64,000 nucleotides of DNA from an uncultured Chloroflexia bacterium (GTDB taxonomy: Bacteria; Chloroflexota; Limnocylindria; QHBO01). This document shows, one piece after another, positions 55,273-64,000 of the stretch (position 1 is the stretch's first letter; each line of letters starts with the position of its first letter). The notes under the pieces were generated by a model that searched no databases, was not told the origin of the DNA, and saw nothing but the letters and a program-made list of their open reading frames with translations. Position numbers and translations under genes: made by a program. The stretch is taken from contig CAWDVA010000002.1 in the NCBI GenBank assembly GCA_963805645.1, forward strand, positions 48,923-112,922, in the 5' to 3' direction.

Positions 55273-56613
55273 ATGGATGCGAAGCAGGTATGGCGCGCTG
55301 TCCTTGGCGAGCTGCAGGTGAGCCTCTCACCGGCGAACTTCGAGACCTGGCTCAAGGACACCGCCCTCGTCGAGATCGATGAGAACCACTTTCGCATCTC
55401 GGCTCCCAACGGCTTCGCCCGCGACTGGCTGGACAATCGCTACCGCCCGCTGATCAGCCAGACCCTCACCCGGGTCGTGGGTGGATCGGTCCAGATCGAG
55501 TTCGTGGTCGCCGACGCGCCGGGCCCCGTCCCGAGCCAGGCCGACGAGGACTCCCTGCCGCTGCCGCCCGTCTCGGCCGGGGGCAACACGGTCAACCTCA
55601 ACCCCCGCTACGGCTTCAGCAACTTCATCGTCGGGTCGGCCAACCGGCTCGCGCACGCGGCCGCCCTCTCGGTCGCCGAGCGCCCTGGCCACGCCTACAA
55701 CCCGCTCTTCCTGTACGGGGGCGTGGGCCTGGGCAAGACCCACCTGATGCACGCCATCGGCAACTCGGTGGCCGCCAAGTTCCCGCGCAAGCGGATCCTG
55801 TACGCGACGAGTGAGAAGTTCACGAACGACTTCATCAACTCCATCCGCGAGCAGAAGATGGAGGACTTCCGGAACCGATATCGCCGCATCGACGTGCTCC
55901 TCATCGACGACATCCAGTTCATCGCGGAGCGCGAGCGGACCCAGGAGGAGTTCTTCCACACCTTCAACGCCATCCACGAGGCGGGCAAGCAGATCGTGCT
56001 GTCCTCGGATCGCCCGCCCAAGGCGATCACCACCCTCGAGGAGCGCCTGCGCTCCCGGTTCGAGTGGGGGCTCATCGCGGACCTCACCCCGCCGGACCTC
56101 GAGACGCGCATCGCCATCCTGCGCTCCAAGGCGGAAGACCAGATCGGGCTCATCCCGGGGGACGTCATCGAGTTCATCGCCCGCAAGGTGGTGAGCAACG
56201 TCCGGGAGCTGGAGGGGGCGCTGAACCGGGTCATCGCCTATGCCTCGATGAGCGGCATGCCGATCAACATCGAGCTGGCGTCTGCGGTCCTCTCCAACGT
56301 GATGTACAACCCCAAGAAGCGGTCGATCACCCCGCAGCGCATCGTGCGCGCGGTGGCCGACTACTACGGGGTGAACCTCGACCAGCTGCGCAGCAGCAAG
56401 CGTGACCGAGCCATCGTCGTGCCCCGGCAGATCGCCATGTTCCTCATCCGCGAGGAGACCGACATCAGCCTGCTGCGGATCGGCGCCGAGCTGGGCGGGC
56501 GCGATCACTCCACGGTGCTCCACGCCTGCGACAAGATCACCCGCGAACTGTCCGAGAACGACGAGATGCGCCGGGAGATCAACGCCGTTCGGGAGATGAT
56601 CTACTCCGAATGA
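55273..56613 (+). CDS. dnaA: Chromosomal replication initiator DnaA
   Basis: YNPLFLYGGVGLGKTHL, DDIQF, RELEGAL, GGRDHSTV. Confidence 0.98.
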   Translation: MDAKQVWRAVLGELQVSLSPANFETWLKDTALVEIDENHFRISAPNGFARDWLDNRYRPLISQTLTRVVGGSVQIEFVVADAPGPVPSQADEDSLPLPPVSAGGNTVNLNPRYGFSNFIVGSANRLAHAAALSVAERPGHAYNPLFLYGGVGLGKTHLMHAIGNSVAAKFPRKRILYATSEKFTNDFINSIREQKMEDFRNRYRRIDVLLIDDIQFIAERERTQEEFFHTFNAIHEAGKQIVLSSDRPPKAITTLEERLRSRFEWGLIADLTPPDLETRIAILRSKAEDQIGLIPGDVIEFIARKVVSNVRELEGALNRVIAYASMSGMPINIELASAVLSNVMYNPKKRSITPQRIVRAVADYYGVNLDQLRSSKRDRAIVVPRQIAMFLIREETDISLLRIGAELGGRDHSTVLHACDKITRELSENDEMRREINAVREMIYSE

Positions 56614-56972
56614 TCACCGCCCCCTGCCGATTGGCGCGGGCCGGGAGAGTGACGTGGTTTCGTGGATAACCGGCCCGATCCGGTGGACATCACGGGCCGG
56701 TTGTGGAAAACCCGTCCTGGCGCAGCCGTCCTGCGGGCACCCTTATCCGCACCCGTCACACCGCTGCGGGCCGGTCTTCCCAACGGTCGTCACCTGCTCG
56801 TCAACAGCCCACCGGGTCCGCTTCGGGCACGTAGATGCCCTCCGTCCACACCGTCCACACCCCTACGAGGGACTACGACGGGTATTCTTCTCTTATTCAT
56901 GAGTACTTCGTAGGGTCGAACACAAGAGGACCCGCGCACCAGCGCGGGCACGCAAGGTGAGGGTGAGGTTCG
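56614..56972. other. oriC: Probable oriC
   Basis: DnaA-box-like CGTGGATAA (56661), TGTGGAAAA (56702), TTATCCGCA (56743), tandem CCGTCCACA x2 (56842-56859), then TAC/GAC triplets and an AT-rich stretch. Confidence 0.85.
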
Positions 56973-58106
56973 ATGAACGTCTCGGTCATGCAGGAGAACC
57001 TGGCACGCGGGCTCCAGATGGTGAGCCGAGCCGTGAGCAGCCGTGCCACCCTGCCCGTGCTGGCCAACGTGCTCCTCAAGACGGAGAACGCCGGGCTCAA
57101 GCTGACCGCGACGAACCTGGAGATCGGGATCAGCTGCTGGGTGCCCGGCAAGGTCGAGGAGGAGGGCGAGATCACCGTCCCGGCGCGCCTGATGACCGAC
57201 CTCGTGGCCTCCCTGCCGAACCAGCGGATCGACCTGGTCCTCTCGGCCAAGGATCGCACGCTCAAGGTCACCTGCGGCGGGAGCAAGTCCTCCATCAAGG
57301 GCATCGAGGCCGATGAGTTCCCCGTGGTCGCGGCCATCGGCGAGGCGCCCACCACCTCGGTCCCGTCACGCGCGCTGCGCGAGGCGCTCGGAGAGGTCGT
57401 CTTTGCGGCGGCCGCGGACGAGAGCCGCCCCATCCTGACCGGAGTGCTGACCCGCCTGACCGGCGAGGTGATGACCCTGGCCGCGGCCGACAACTACCGA
57501 ATCGCGGTCCGGACCCTGGGCCTTGCCAGCCCGGTGGGCGCCGAGCTGGCGATCGTCGTGCCCGCGCGATCCTACGCGGAGCTGATGCGCATCCTGCCCG
57601 ACTCCGATGACGCCATCGAGATGACCGTCACCCCCAACCGCAGCCAGGTCCTCTTCCATGTCGAGGGAACCGATCTCGTCAGCCGCCTCATCGAGGGGCA
57701 GTTCCCGAACTACGAGCCCGTGGTCCCCAAGCGCGATGCGTGGACCGCGAAAGCCGTCGTCGACCGGGAGGCGTTCCTGGCCAGCACGCGCCGGGCGAGC
57801 ATCTTCGCCCGCGACAGCGCGAACATCGTGAAGGTCGAGGTGGGTGACGGACCGGATGGCAGCGGCCTCTCCATCTCGGCGCATGCCGCCGATGTCGGCG
57901 ACAACGCGGACGTCCTGGAGGCGGCGGTCGAGGGCAGCGGGACGACGATCGCGTTCAACGCCCGCTACCTGGTCGACGTGCTCGCCAACCTTGGTGCCGA
58001 GCAGGCCACCCTGGAGCTCTCCGGACCCCTGGCGCCGGGCGTGGTGCGCGGCGTCGGCAAGGAGGACTACGTCCACGTCATCATGCCGGTCCGCACCGCC
58101 AGCTGA
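56973..58106 (+). CDS. dnaN: DNA polymerase III beta clamp
   Basis: ATNLE, SRPILTG, SRLIEGQFPNY, VIMPVR. Confidence 0.98.
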   Translation: MNVSVMQENLARGLQMVSRAVSSRATLPVLANVLLKTENAGLKLTATNLEIGISCWVPGKVEEEGEITVPARLMTDLVASLPNQRIDLVLSAKDRTLKVTCGGSKSSIKGIEADEFPVVAAIGEAPTTSVPSRALREALGEVVFAAAADESRPILTGVLTRLTGEVMTLAAADNYRIAVRTLGLASPVGAELAIVVPARSYAELMRILPDSDDAIEMTVTPNRSQVLFHVEGTDLVSRLIEGQFPNYEPVVPKRDAWTAKAVVDREAFLASTRRASIFARDSANIVKVEVGDGPDGSGLSISAHAADVGDNADVLEAAVEGSGTTIAFNARYLVDVLANLGAEQATLELSGPLAPGVVRGVGKEDYVHVIMPVRTAS

Positions 58107-58146
58107 GGTCACGCGGCACCTGGCCGCGTGACGCCGTCGCTTCCGC

Positions 58147-59337
58147 ATGCACCTCACCCGTCTCGTCCTGGAGCAGTTCCGCAGCTACCCGTCCGCCGAG
58201 CTGCATCCCGATCCAGGGCTGACGATCGTCGCCGGACCGAACGCGGCCGGCAAGACCAACCTCCTCGAGGCCGTGCACGTGGCGGTGACCGGTCGCTCGC
58301 CGCGGGCCGCCACCGACGCCGAGCTGGTTCGCCACGGGGCCCAGTTCGCGCGTGTCCGCCTGGACCTGGTGGACCCCGCCGGCGCCGAGCTGCGCATCGA
58401 GGCGCTGCTGCCCGGCAGCGATGCCCCTCGCGAGGTGCGCAAGCGGGTGGCGGTGAACGGGCTGGCGCGCCGTGTCGGCTCACTGGGCCAGACCGCACGC
58501 ACCGTGCTCTTCCGGCCCGAGGAGATGCTGCTCCTCGTGGGATCGCCGTCGGAGCGCCGCCGATTCCTGGACGGGATCCTCACCCAGCGCTCGCGCCGCG
58601 CGGCCCAGGATCTCGCCGAGCTTTCGCGTGTCCTGGCTCAGCGTAACGCCCTGCTCCGTGCGATCCGCCGCGAGGAGGCGACCACCGAGGGGCTTGCCTT
58701 CTGGGACGAGGCGCTGGCGCAGGCCGGCGCGCGGGTGACCACGGCCAGGCTGGCGCTGGTCGGCGAGATCGCAGAGCGGATCGGCCCGCTCCACGACGGA
58801 GTGGCCCCGCCCTCCGAGCGGTCGGACCGCGTGCGGCTGGCGTACGCGGACACGCTCAAGGACGCCTGGCCCGGGCGGGAGACGGGAGCGGCATCGGCCC
58901 GGGAGGACCCCGATGGGATGGCGCAGACCCTGGTGGAGGCCTACCGGCGGCGCCTGGCGGGCGTGCGCCAGAAGGAGCTGTGGAACGGGGTGTCGCTGGT
59001 CGGCCCGCAGCGCGAGGACCTCGCCGTGGAGCTCGACGGGCGAGACGTGGCGACGCACGCCAGCCGTGGCCAGCAGCGGACGATCATCCTGGCCATGAAG
59101 CTCGCCGAGACGGACATCCTGGGCCAGGATGGCCCCACCCCCATCGTCCTGCTCGACGACGTGTTCAGCGAGCTTGACGCGGACCGTTCGGAACGGGCGC
59201 TGGAGCTGCTCCTCGCCCGCGGCCAGGTGCTCGTCACCATGGCCGACCTGTCCGCTCTCCCCGCGCGCCGCCGCCGGAGCGTTCCCATCTGGCAGGTCGC
59301 CGATGGCACGCTCACCCTGGCGCCGCGGGTTGCCTAG
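58147..59337 (+). CDS. recF: DNA replication/repair protein RecF
   Basis: GPNAAGKTNLLEA, SRGQQR, LLDDVFSELD. Confidence 0.97.
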   Translation: MHLTRLVLEQFRSYPSAELHPDPGLTIVAGPNAAGKTNLLEAVHVAVTGRSPRAATDAELVRHGAQFARVRLDLVDPAGAELRIEALLPGSDAPREVRKRVAVNGLARRVGSLGQTARTVLFRPEEMLLLVGSPSERRRFLDGILTQRSRRAAQDLAELSRVLAQRNALLRAIRREEATTEGLAFWDEALAQAGARVTTARLALVGEIAERIGPLHDGVAPPSERSDRVRLAYADTLKDAWPGRETGAASAREDPDGMAQTLVEAYRRRLAGVRQKELWNGVSLVGPQREDLAVELDGRDVATHASRGQQRTIILAMKLAETDILGQDGPTPIVLLDDVFSELDADRSERALELLLARGQVLVTMADLSALPARRRRSVPIWQVADGTLTLAPRVA

Positions 59338-59349
59338 GACGGCACGGAC

Positions 59350-59721
59350 ATGACCGATGACCGACGCCGCCCGGGCGGCGTGGAGGAGGCGGCAGCAGCC
59401 GTCCAGCGTGCCCTGCTCACCTGCGCCGGACCCGCGGCCGCCGAGCAGATCGCCCTGGCCCAGGCGCGCCTCGCCTGGCAGGAGGTCGCCGAGCGCGCAG
59501 GCCTGCATCGCGGCCCGCTGACGAGTCGTCTGGCCGGCATCGTCAACGGCACGGCGCGCATCGAGGCCAGTGACGCCATCCTTGCCTCCGAGCTGCGGTT
59601 CCGATCGGAGGCCCTGGTCTGGGCAGTGAACCAGCGCATGGAGGGCCGCCCGGGTGCCACGCTGCGCATCCGGGCCATGACCATCGTCGTGGGGCGGCCA
59701 CGGCGGGACCGGTCCGTATAA
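59350..59721 (+). CDS. dciA: DciA (DUF721)-like protein
   Basis: Position after recF; W.EV...G...I.A.....ASEL.F....L...VN pattern. Confidence 0.65.
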   Translation: MTDDRRRPGGVEEAAAAVQRALLTCAGPAAAEQIALAQARLAWQEVAERAGLHRGPLTSRLAGIVNGTARIEASDAILASELRFRSEALVWAVNQRMEGRPGATLRIRAMTIVVGRPRRDRSV

Positions 59722-59761
59722 TCGAGGCGCGCAACCGATCCCACACGTCTGAGCCGCCGGC

Positions 59762-61981
59762 ATGACCAACCGACTCGCAACCCGTATCGGACTCCCGGTG
59801 CCGGAGGAACGCCCCGCCGACACGCATGACGTCGTGCGCTTCCGCGAGCCTTCCACCGGCGCGGAGACGCGCACCAAGGGCACCCTCTTCCTGCTGGCGC
59901 AGGTGACCGGTGGCGATGCCGGGGTCGCAAAGGCGGCGCGGGTCGCCCTCGAATCCATCGAGACCGACTACTACTACGACCTGTCAGCGGGGACGCTCGG
60001 GGCGCTGGGCAAGGCGATCGCGGTCGCCAATCGGCGCCTCTTCCACCAGCGCGGGAAGCTGGGGATCCCCCGACGTGCGGGCATCGGCATCATCGCCGTG
60101 GTGGTCCGGGCCAGGGAGGTGCACGTCGCCAAGGTTGGCCCTGCATCGGCGGTGATCGTGCGTGGCACCCGAATGTACGAGCTGCCGCCCCCGCCCACCG
60201 CGCAGGAGGAGGACCCCCGGATCCGCCAGCGCCGGGTGGCGGCCTCGCTGGGAGTGGCGCTCGAGGTGGAGCCGTACACCTGGGAGGGGGAGCTTGTCCC
60301 GGACGACCGGATCGCGCTCGTTTCGCGGAACATGGCCCAGGTCGTGGGGGTCGATGAGCTCAAGCGCGGTCTCGCGCTCCTGCGACCCTCGCAGGCCGTG
60401 GAGCACCTGCAGCACCTGTTCGGGATCCGTGGCGGTCGGGGGTCGGACGGTCTCCTGGTGGTGGAGCTGCTGGAGCTCCCCGTCACGGCCACCACCCACC
60501 AGCTCGAGCCGGTCCATCCGGCCGAGCCGCTCGCCGGCCTGCCGGACCAGAGCCCCGTCCCGCTGGCGGACGCCATCGGCCGCGGGCTGCACCGCACCGG
60601 TGACGCCATCGACGGGCTGCAGGCGGCGATCGGCCGTGGGCTGCTGGTGCTGTTCAGCTGGATCCTGGCCTTCGTTCCGCGCCGCCGTCCGAAGCTGCGC
60701 ACCGTCGCCCGCACGGAGGTCCGCGAGGAGGGCCGCCGGCGCCGCCTGGGGCTCCTGGGCATGGTCGCGGTCGCGGGCATGCTCGCCGCCGGGTTCACCG
60801 TCGCGAGCCTGCCGGCCGTGCGGCCCACCGACGCAATCCCCCGCGCCGCCGTCGCACGCGCTGCCATCGCCCAGGCCAACGACCTGGTCGGCACGGTCGC
60901 GCAGCGGGTCGACGGCCAGGATCTCGTGGCACGAAGCCCGGAGCGGGCGAAGGGCTACCTCAACGATGCGTTCAAGGCGCTGCAGACCGCGCGCGACGCC
61001 GGTGTTCCCCCCGGCCAGCTGGCCAGCCTGGAGGCGAGCGTGGATCGGGGGCTCGACGCGCTCTACACCGTGACCCGCCTCACCGATATCGCGGTGGTGG
61101 CCGACCTGGGTCGGTCCTACGGCGACCTCGTCCCCCTGCGCATGGTCGCGGCCTCCGACGGATCACTGTGGGTGGCCGAGACAGGCCGTGGCCGGGTGAT
61201 CCGGGTGGATCCCGCCGACGGGACGTCGGCGGTCGTGTACCGTGCCGGCCAGCAGGTCGGCAGCGTGACAACCGGCGAGCCGTGGCTCATCGCCACCGCG
61301 GCGACCGACGTGGTGGTGGTCGACCGCCAGCGGCACGCCTGGCGGATGGACCTGGCCCAGCGCAAGCCGACCCCCATGACCCTCAAGGGAATCGACGCGG
61401 TGAGTGCCGGCTCCACCCTGCTCGTCGCGCTGCAGAATCTCCCCCCGCTCGAGATCTTCAACCTCTACCTGGCCGATGTCGGCGACGGCACGGTGAAGAA
61501 GTGGACGCCGCCAGCCGTCATCCCGGTGAACTATCCCGCTGCGCCGGAGAGCTTCCTGACCGCTGATCCCGACCTGTCTGTGGCGAGCGCCACCGACCTG
61601 GCGGCCGACGCGAACCTGTGGCTCCTGCACCGCAACACCGTCACCCGGGTGAACTTCGGCCGGCCCCTGCCGCAGTCAGATTTCTCCCTCGATCCGCCAC
61701 CGGACACGGAGGTCCGTCCCTCCCTCGACTACGAGCTGCTGCGCCAGGCCACGGTCGGAGAGCGGGAGCTGTTCTTCGTCTACGACAGGGCCAATGCGCG
61801 GATCATCGCCTTCCAGCGCGCCGACGGCGCGTTCGTCAAGCAGTGGATGGCGCCGCGGACCGGCGGGTACAGCACGCTGCTCGACGGCGTGGTCGGATTC
61901 GAGGTCAGATCCGCCGCAGATGGGCCGCCCGTCGCGTACCTCCTCAGTGGCGGGCGGGTGATCCGCGTCGTTCTCGAGTAG
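59762..61981 (+). CDS. Hypothetical membrane protein: degenerate PP2C-like domain, TM, helical region and beta-propeller-like ectodomain
   Basis: 739-aa ORF; TATAAT upstream; domain calls made by eye. Confidence 0.75.
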   Translation: MTNRLATRIGLPVPEERPADTHDVVRFREPSTGAETRTKGTLFLLAQVTGGDAGVAKAARVALESIETDYYYDLSAGTLGALGKAIAVANRRLFHQRGKLGIPRRAGIGIIAVVVRAREVHVAKVGPASAVIVRGTRMYELPPPPTAQEEDPRIRQRRVAASLGVALEVEPYTWEGELVPDDRIALVSRNMAQVVGVDELKRGLALLRPSQAVEHLQHLFGIRGGRGSDGLLVVELLELPVTATTHQLEPVHPAEPLAGLPDQSPVPLADAIGRGLHRTGDAIDGLQAAIGRGLLVLFSWILAFVPRRRPKLRTVARTEVREEGRRRRLGLLGMVAVAGMLAAGFTVASLPAVRPTDAIPRAAVARAAIAQANDLVGTVAQRVDGQDLVARSPERAKGYLNDAFKALQTARDAGVPPGQLASLEASVDRGLDALYTVTRLTDIAVVADLGRSYGDLVPLRMVAASDGSLWVAETGRGRVIRVDPADGTSAVVYRAGQQVGSVTTGEPWLIATAATDVVVVDRQRHAWRMDLAQRKPTPMTLKGIDAVSAGSTLLVALQNLPPLEIFNLYLADVGDGTVKKWTPPAVIPVNYPAAPESFLTADPDLSVASATDLAADANLWLLHRNTVTRVNFGRPLPQSDFSLDPPPDTEVRPSLDYELLRQATVGERELFFVYDRANARIIAFQRADGAFVKQWMAPRTGGYSTLLDGVVGFEVRSAADGPPVAYLLSGGRVIRVVLE

Positions 61982-61997
61982 GGCCTAGAATCGTCCC

Positions 61998-62558
61998 ATG
62001 GGCGAGCAGCCATTCGGCCGCGTCAGGCTGATCGAGATGGTCGTGGAGAGCGTTCGAGTCCACATGCTCTCGAGCCAGCACGTCGTGATCCTCAAGGAGT
62101 CCGAGCGCGACCGATACCTGCCCATCTGGATCGGCCCCGCGGAGGCAAACGCCATCGCCATGCGGCTGCAGGGCCTGACCGCCGAGCGGCCGCTGACCCA
62201 CGACCTGCTGGTGAGCGCGGTGGCGGCGCTCTCGGCCAAGGTCAGCAGGGTCGTGGTGACGCACGTCACCGATGGCACTTTCCACGCGCGCCTCTACCTC
62301 GAGACCGCCGACGGGTCCGAGACCGAGATCGACTCGAGGACCTCGGACGCCATTGCCGTGGCCGTGCGCACCGGCTCCACCATCTACGTCGACGAGCGAG
62401 TCCTGGACGAGGCCGGCGTGATGCCCGACGCGAGCGACTCGTCGGACGAGCACGACGAGAAGCTCGCCGTCTTCCGCGAGTTCGTCAACTCGCTCGACGT
62501 CGACCTGGGAACCGGCGAGGGTGGTGGTCCTCCGGCCGAGGAGGAGGGCGGCAACTAG
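61998..62558 (+). CDS. Bifunctional nuclease family protein (DUF151)
   Basis: LPIWIG..EA.AIA, RPLTHDL, DSRTSDAIA.A. Confidence 0.93.
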   Translation: MGEQPFGRVRLIEMVVESVRVHMLSSQHVVILKESERDRYLPIWIGPAEANAIAMRLQGLTAERPLTHDLLVSAVAALSAKVSRVVVTHVTDGTFHARLYLETADGSETEIDSRTSDAIAVAVRTGSTIYVDERVLDEAGVMPDASDSSDEHDEKLAVFREFVNSLDVDLGTGEGGGPPAEEEGGN

Positions 62559-62709
62559 CCCGCGGCTGCTCTGCGAGCCCGCGGACCGAAGATCCGGCTC
62601 CGTTGGGTCCCCGGCCGGGATGATCGAATCGACCCTGCCGGGTCCGGCCGAATGGCCCTACCCGGCTCTGCCGACCCGCGCCACGCTGACCCCTCGAGGA
62701 GGTGGCGCA

Positions 62710-63036
62710 ATGCTCGAGCTGTTCGGCTGGAACCTCGGGGTCGGCGCCTGGGCGGCGCTGGTCCTGGTCCTCGGCGCGCTGGCCTTCAGCATGCTGGCGC
62801 AGTACATCGGCGACGTGGCTTCGGGCTACGAGTGGAGCTTCACGGCCGTGGCCGTGCTGATCGGGGGCTGGATCGGGAGCGAGGCCCTGGGAGCGCTGAG
62901 CACCTGGGGTCCCACGTGGGACGGCCTGTTCGTGCTGCCCGCGATCATTGGTGGCGTGGTCCTGGGCACCATCATCGAGATGGTCACCCGCTGGACGACC
63001 GGGGGCTCCTTCGTGCACCGTCACGGGCCAATTTGA
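62710..63036 (+). CDS. Small 3-TM membrane protein (GlsB/YeaQ-like)
   Basis: GAGGAGG RBS; GGWIGS..LG, PAIIGGVVLG. Confidence 0.7.
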   Translation: MLELFGWNLGVGAWAALVLVLGALAFSMLAQYIGDVASGYEWSFTAVAVLIGGWIGSEALGALSTWGPTWDGLFVLPAIIGGVVLGTIIEMVTRWTTGGSFVHRHGPI

Positions 63037-63051
63037 CGCTGGCGAACGGCC

Positions 63052-63076
63052 AGGGCCCCGGCATCGCCGGGGCCCT
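63052..63076. terminator. Hairpin terminator between convergent genes
   Basis: AGGGCCCCGGC-ATC-GCCGGGGCCCT. Confidence 0.7.
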
Positions 63077-63132
63077 TCGTCGTGTCGCCGCTCCGCGTGT
63101 CGCGCGCGCCGCCGTGCGCCGGGCGGACGGCC

Positions 63133-63915
63133 TCAGCTGAAGAGGGGTCCCACCCCCGAGCCGGACGGCTCGCCCAGCGTCTCGCGCCGTCTGAACCAGA
63201 GCGCCAGCCGCAGCAGGCCGATATCCCGGAAGGTCCGCAGGATCTTCGCGAAGCTCGCCCCGGTGTTCGTGCCCGCCGCACGCGGATAGTGGTGGACGCC
63301 CAGCTGCGCGATGCGGGCTCCGCGGGCGCGGAGCTTGATGAGCAGCTCCGCGGAGAGGAAGGGTGACTCCGCGGTGAGGCGCAGTCCGTCGAAGACCTCG
63401 CGCCGGAACAGCTTCATGGCGCAGTCGATATCGCGTACCCGGAGCCCGAAGACGATCGACGCGATGAGGTTGTAGGTCTTGGCGATGAAGATCCGGTGGA
63501 ACGGGTCGCGGCGCTTGATGCGCCAGCCGATCACCGCGTCGACGGGGCGCCTGTCGGCGTCGTCGAGCCGATCCAGGAGCAGCTTGAGCTCGGCCAGGTC
63601 GAACTGCAGGTCGCCGTCGCTGAAGCTGATCAGCTCGCCCTGGGCATTCGCGAACCCGGCCCGCAGGGCCCCGCCGTAGCCGCGGTTGCGCTGGTGGTGG
63701 ACCCGCACGCGCGGATCGACCGCGGCCAGGCCGTCAGCGATCTCACCCGTGCGGTCGCTGGAGCCGTCGTCGACGACGAGGACCTCCAGGGACTCGACGA
63801 GCGGGCCGATCTTCTCGATCGCCAGCTGGACCGTGCGCTCGACGTTCTCCTCCTCGTTGTAGGCGGGGAAGAAGAAGGTCAGGCGCGGCCGCGCGGGCAG
63901 GGCGCCATCGGTCAC
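63133..63915 (-). CDS. GT2 glycosyltransferase (DPM1-like)
   Basis: PAYNEE, VDDGS.D, NRGYGGA, DGDLQ, DIDCAMK. Confidence 0.93.
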   Translation of the reverse strand: MTDGALPARPRLTFFFPAYNEEENVERTVQLAIEKIGPLVESLEVLVVDDGSSDRTGEIADGLAAVDPRVRVHHQRNRGYGGALRAGFANAQGELISFSDGDLQFDLAELKLLLDRLDDADRRPVDAVIGWRIKRRDPFHRIFIAKTYNLIASIVFGLRVRDIDCAMKLFRREVFDGLRLTAESPFLSAELLIKLRARGARIAQLGVHHYPRAAGTNTGASFAKILRTFRDIGLLRLALWFRRRETLGEPSGSGVGPLFS

Positions 63916-64000
63916 TGGTCGGTCTCCTTGATGCGGTAGATGTCCGGGTACAGGCTGTAGGTCTTTATGGCCTCGGTGGGGTAGAGGTCCAGGACGCGCT
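63912..64000 (-). CDS. C-terminus of an unidentified gene entering from the right edge
   Basis: ...RVLDLYPTEAIKTYSLYPDIYRIKETDQ-stop; GTGA overlap with the GT2 gene. Confidence 0.55.
   Translation of the reverse strand, partial: RVLDLYPTEAIKTYSLYPDIYRIKETDQ

Overview
High-GC bacterial chromosome segment spanning the replication origin. Gene content and protein style suggest Chloroflexota, possibly Limnocylindria; this is inference, not a search result. It is mostly core genome. From left to right: GNAT, hypothetical and aconitase-X genes with rpiB-tsaC-prmC-prfA-DUF1385-rpmE-rpmA-rplU; mreD-mrdA-rodA (rodA carries a 1-nt frameshift); parS-parA-parB-gyrB-(DUF4287, PaaI)-gyrA-prs; secA-(Cys-rich ORF)-prfB (programmed +1 frameshift)-ftsEX-ctpA-smpB; tmRNA; a complete ccmA-I operon; a four-gene FtsX-type ABC module; jag-yidC-yidD-rnpA-rpmH; and dnaA-oriC-dnaN-recF-dciA. 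No CRISPR, tRNA, rRNA, integrase or transposase was seen. The best unexplained signals are: (1) a self-contained mini transcription unit just upstream of smpB (promoter, perfect but sequestered SD, 13-codon ORF, terminator); (2) a ~120-nt rod-like structured element just downstream of smpB; (3) an 8-Cys small protein coupled to prfB; (4) a membrane-anchored PP2C-like pseudophosphatase/beta-propeller protein next to dciA; and (5) apparent ACG and CTG start codons. All structures were paired by eye and no database searches were run.
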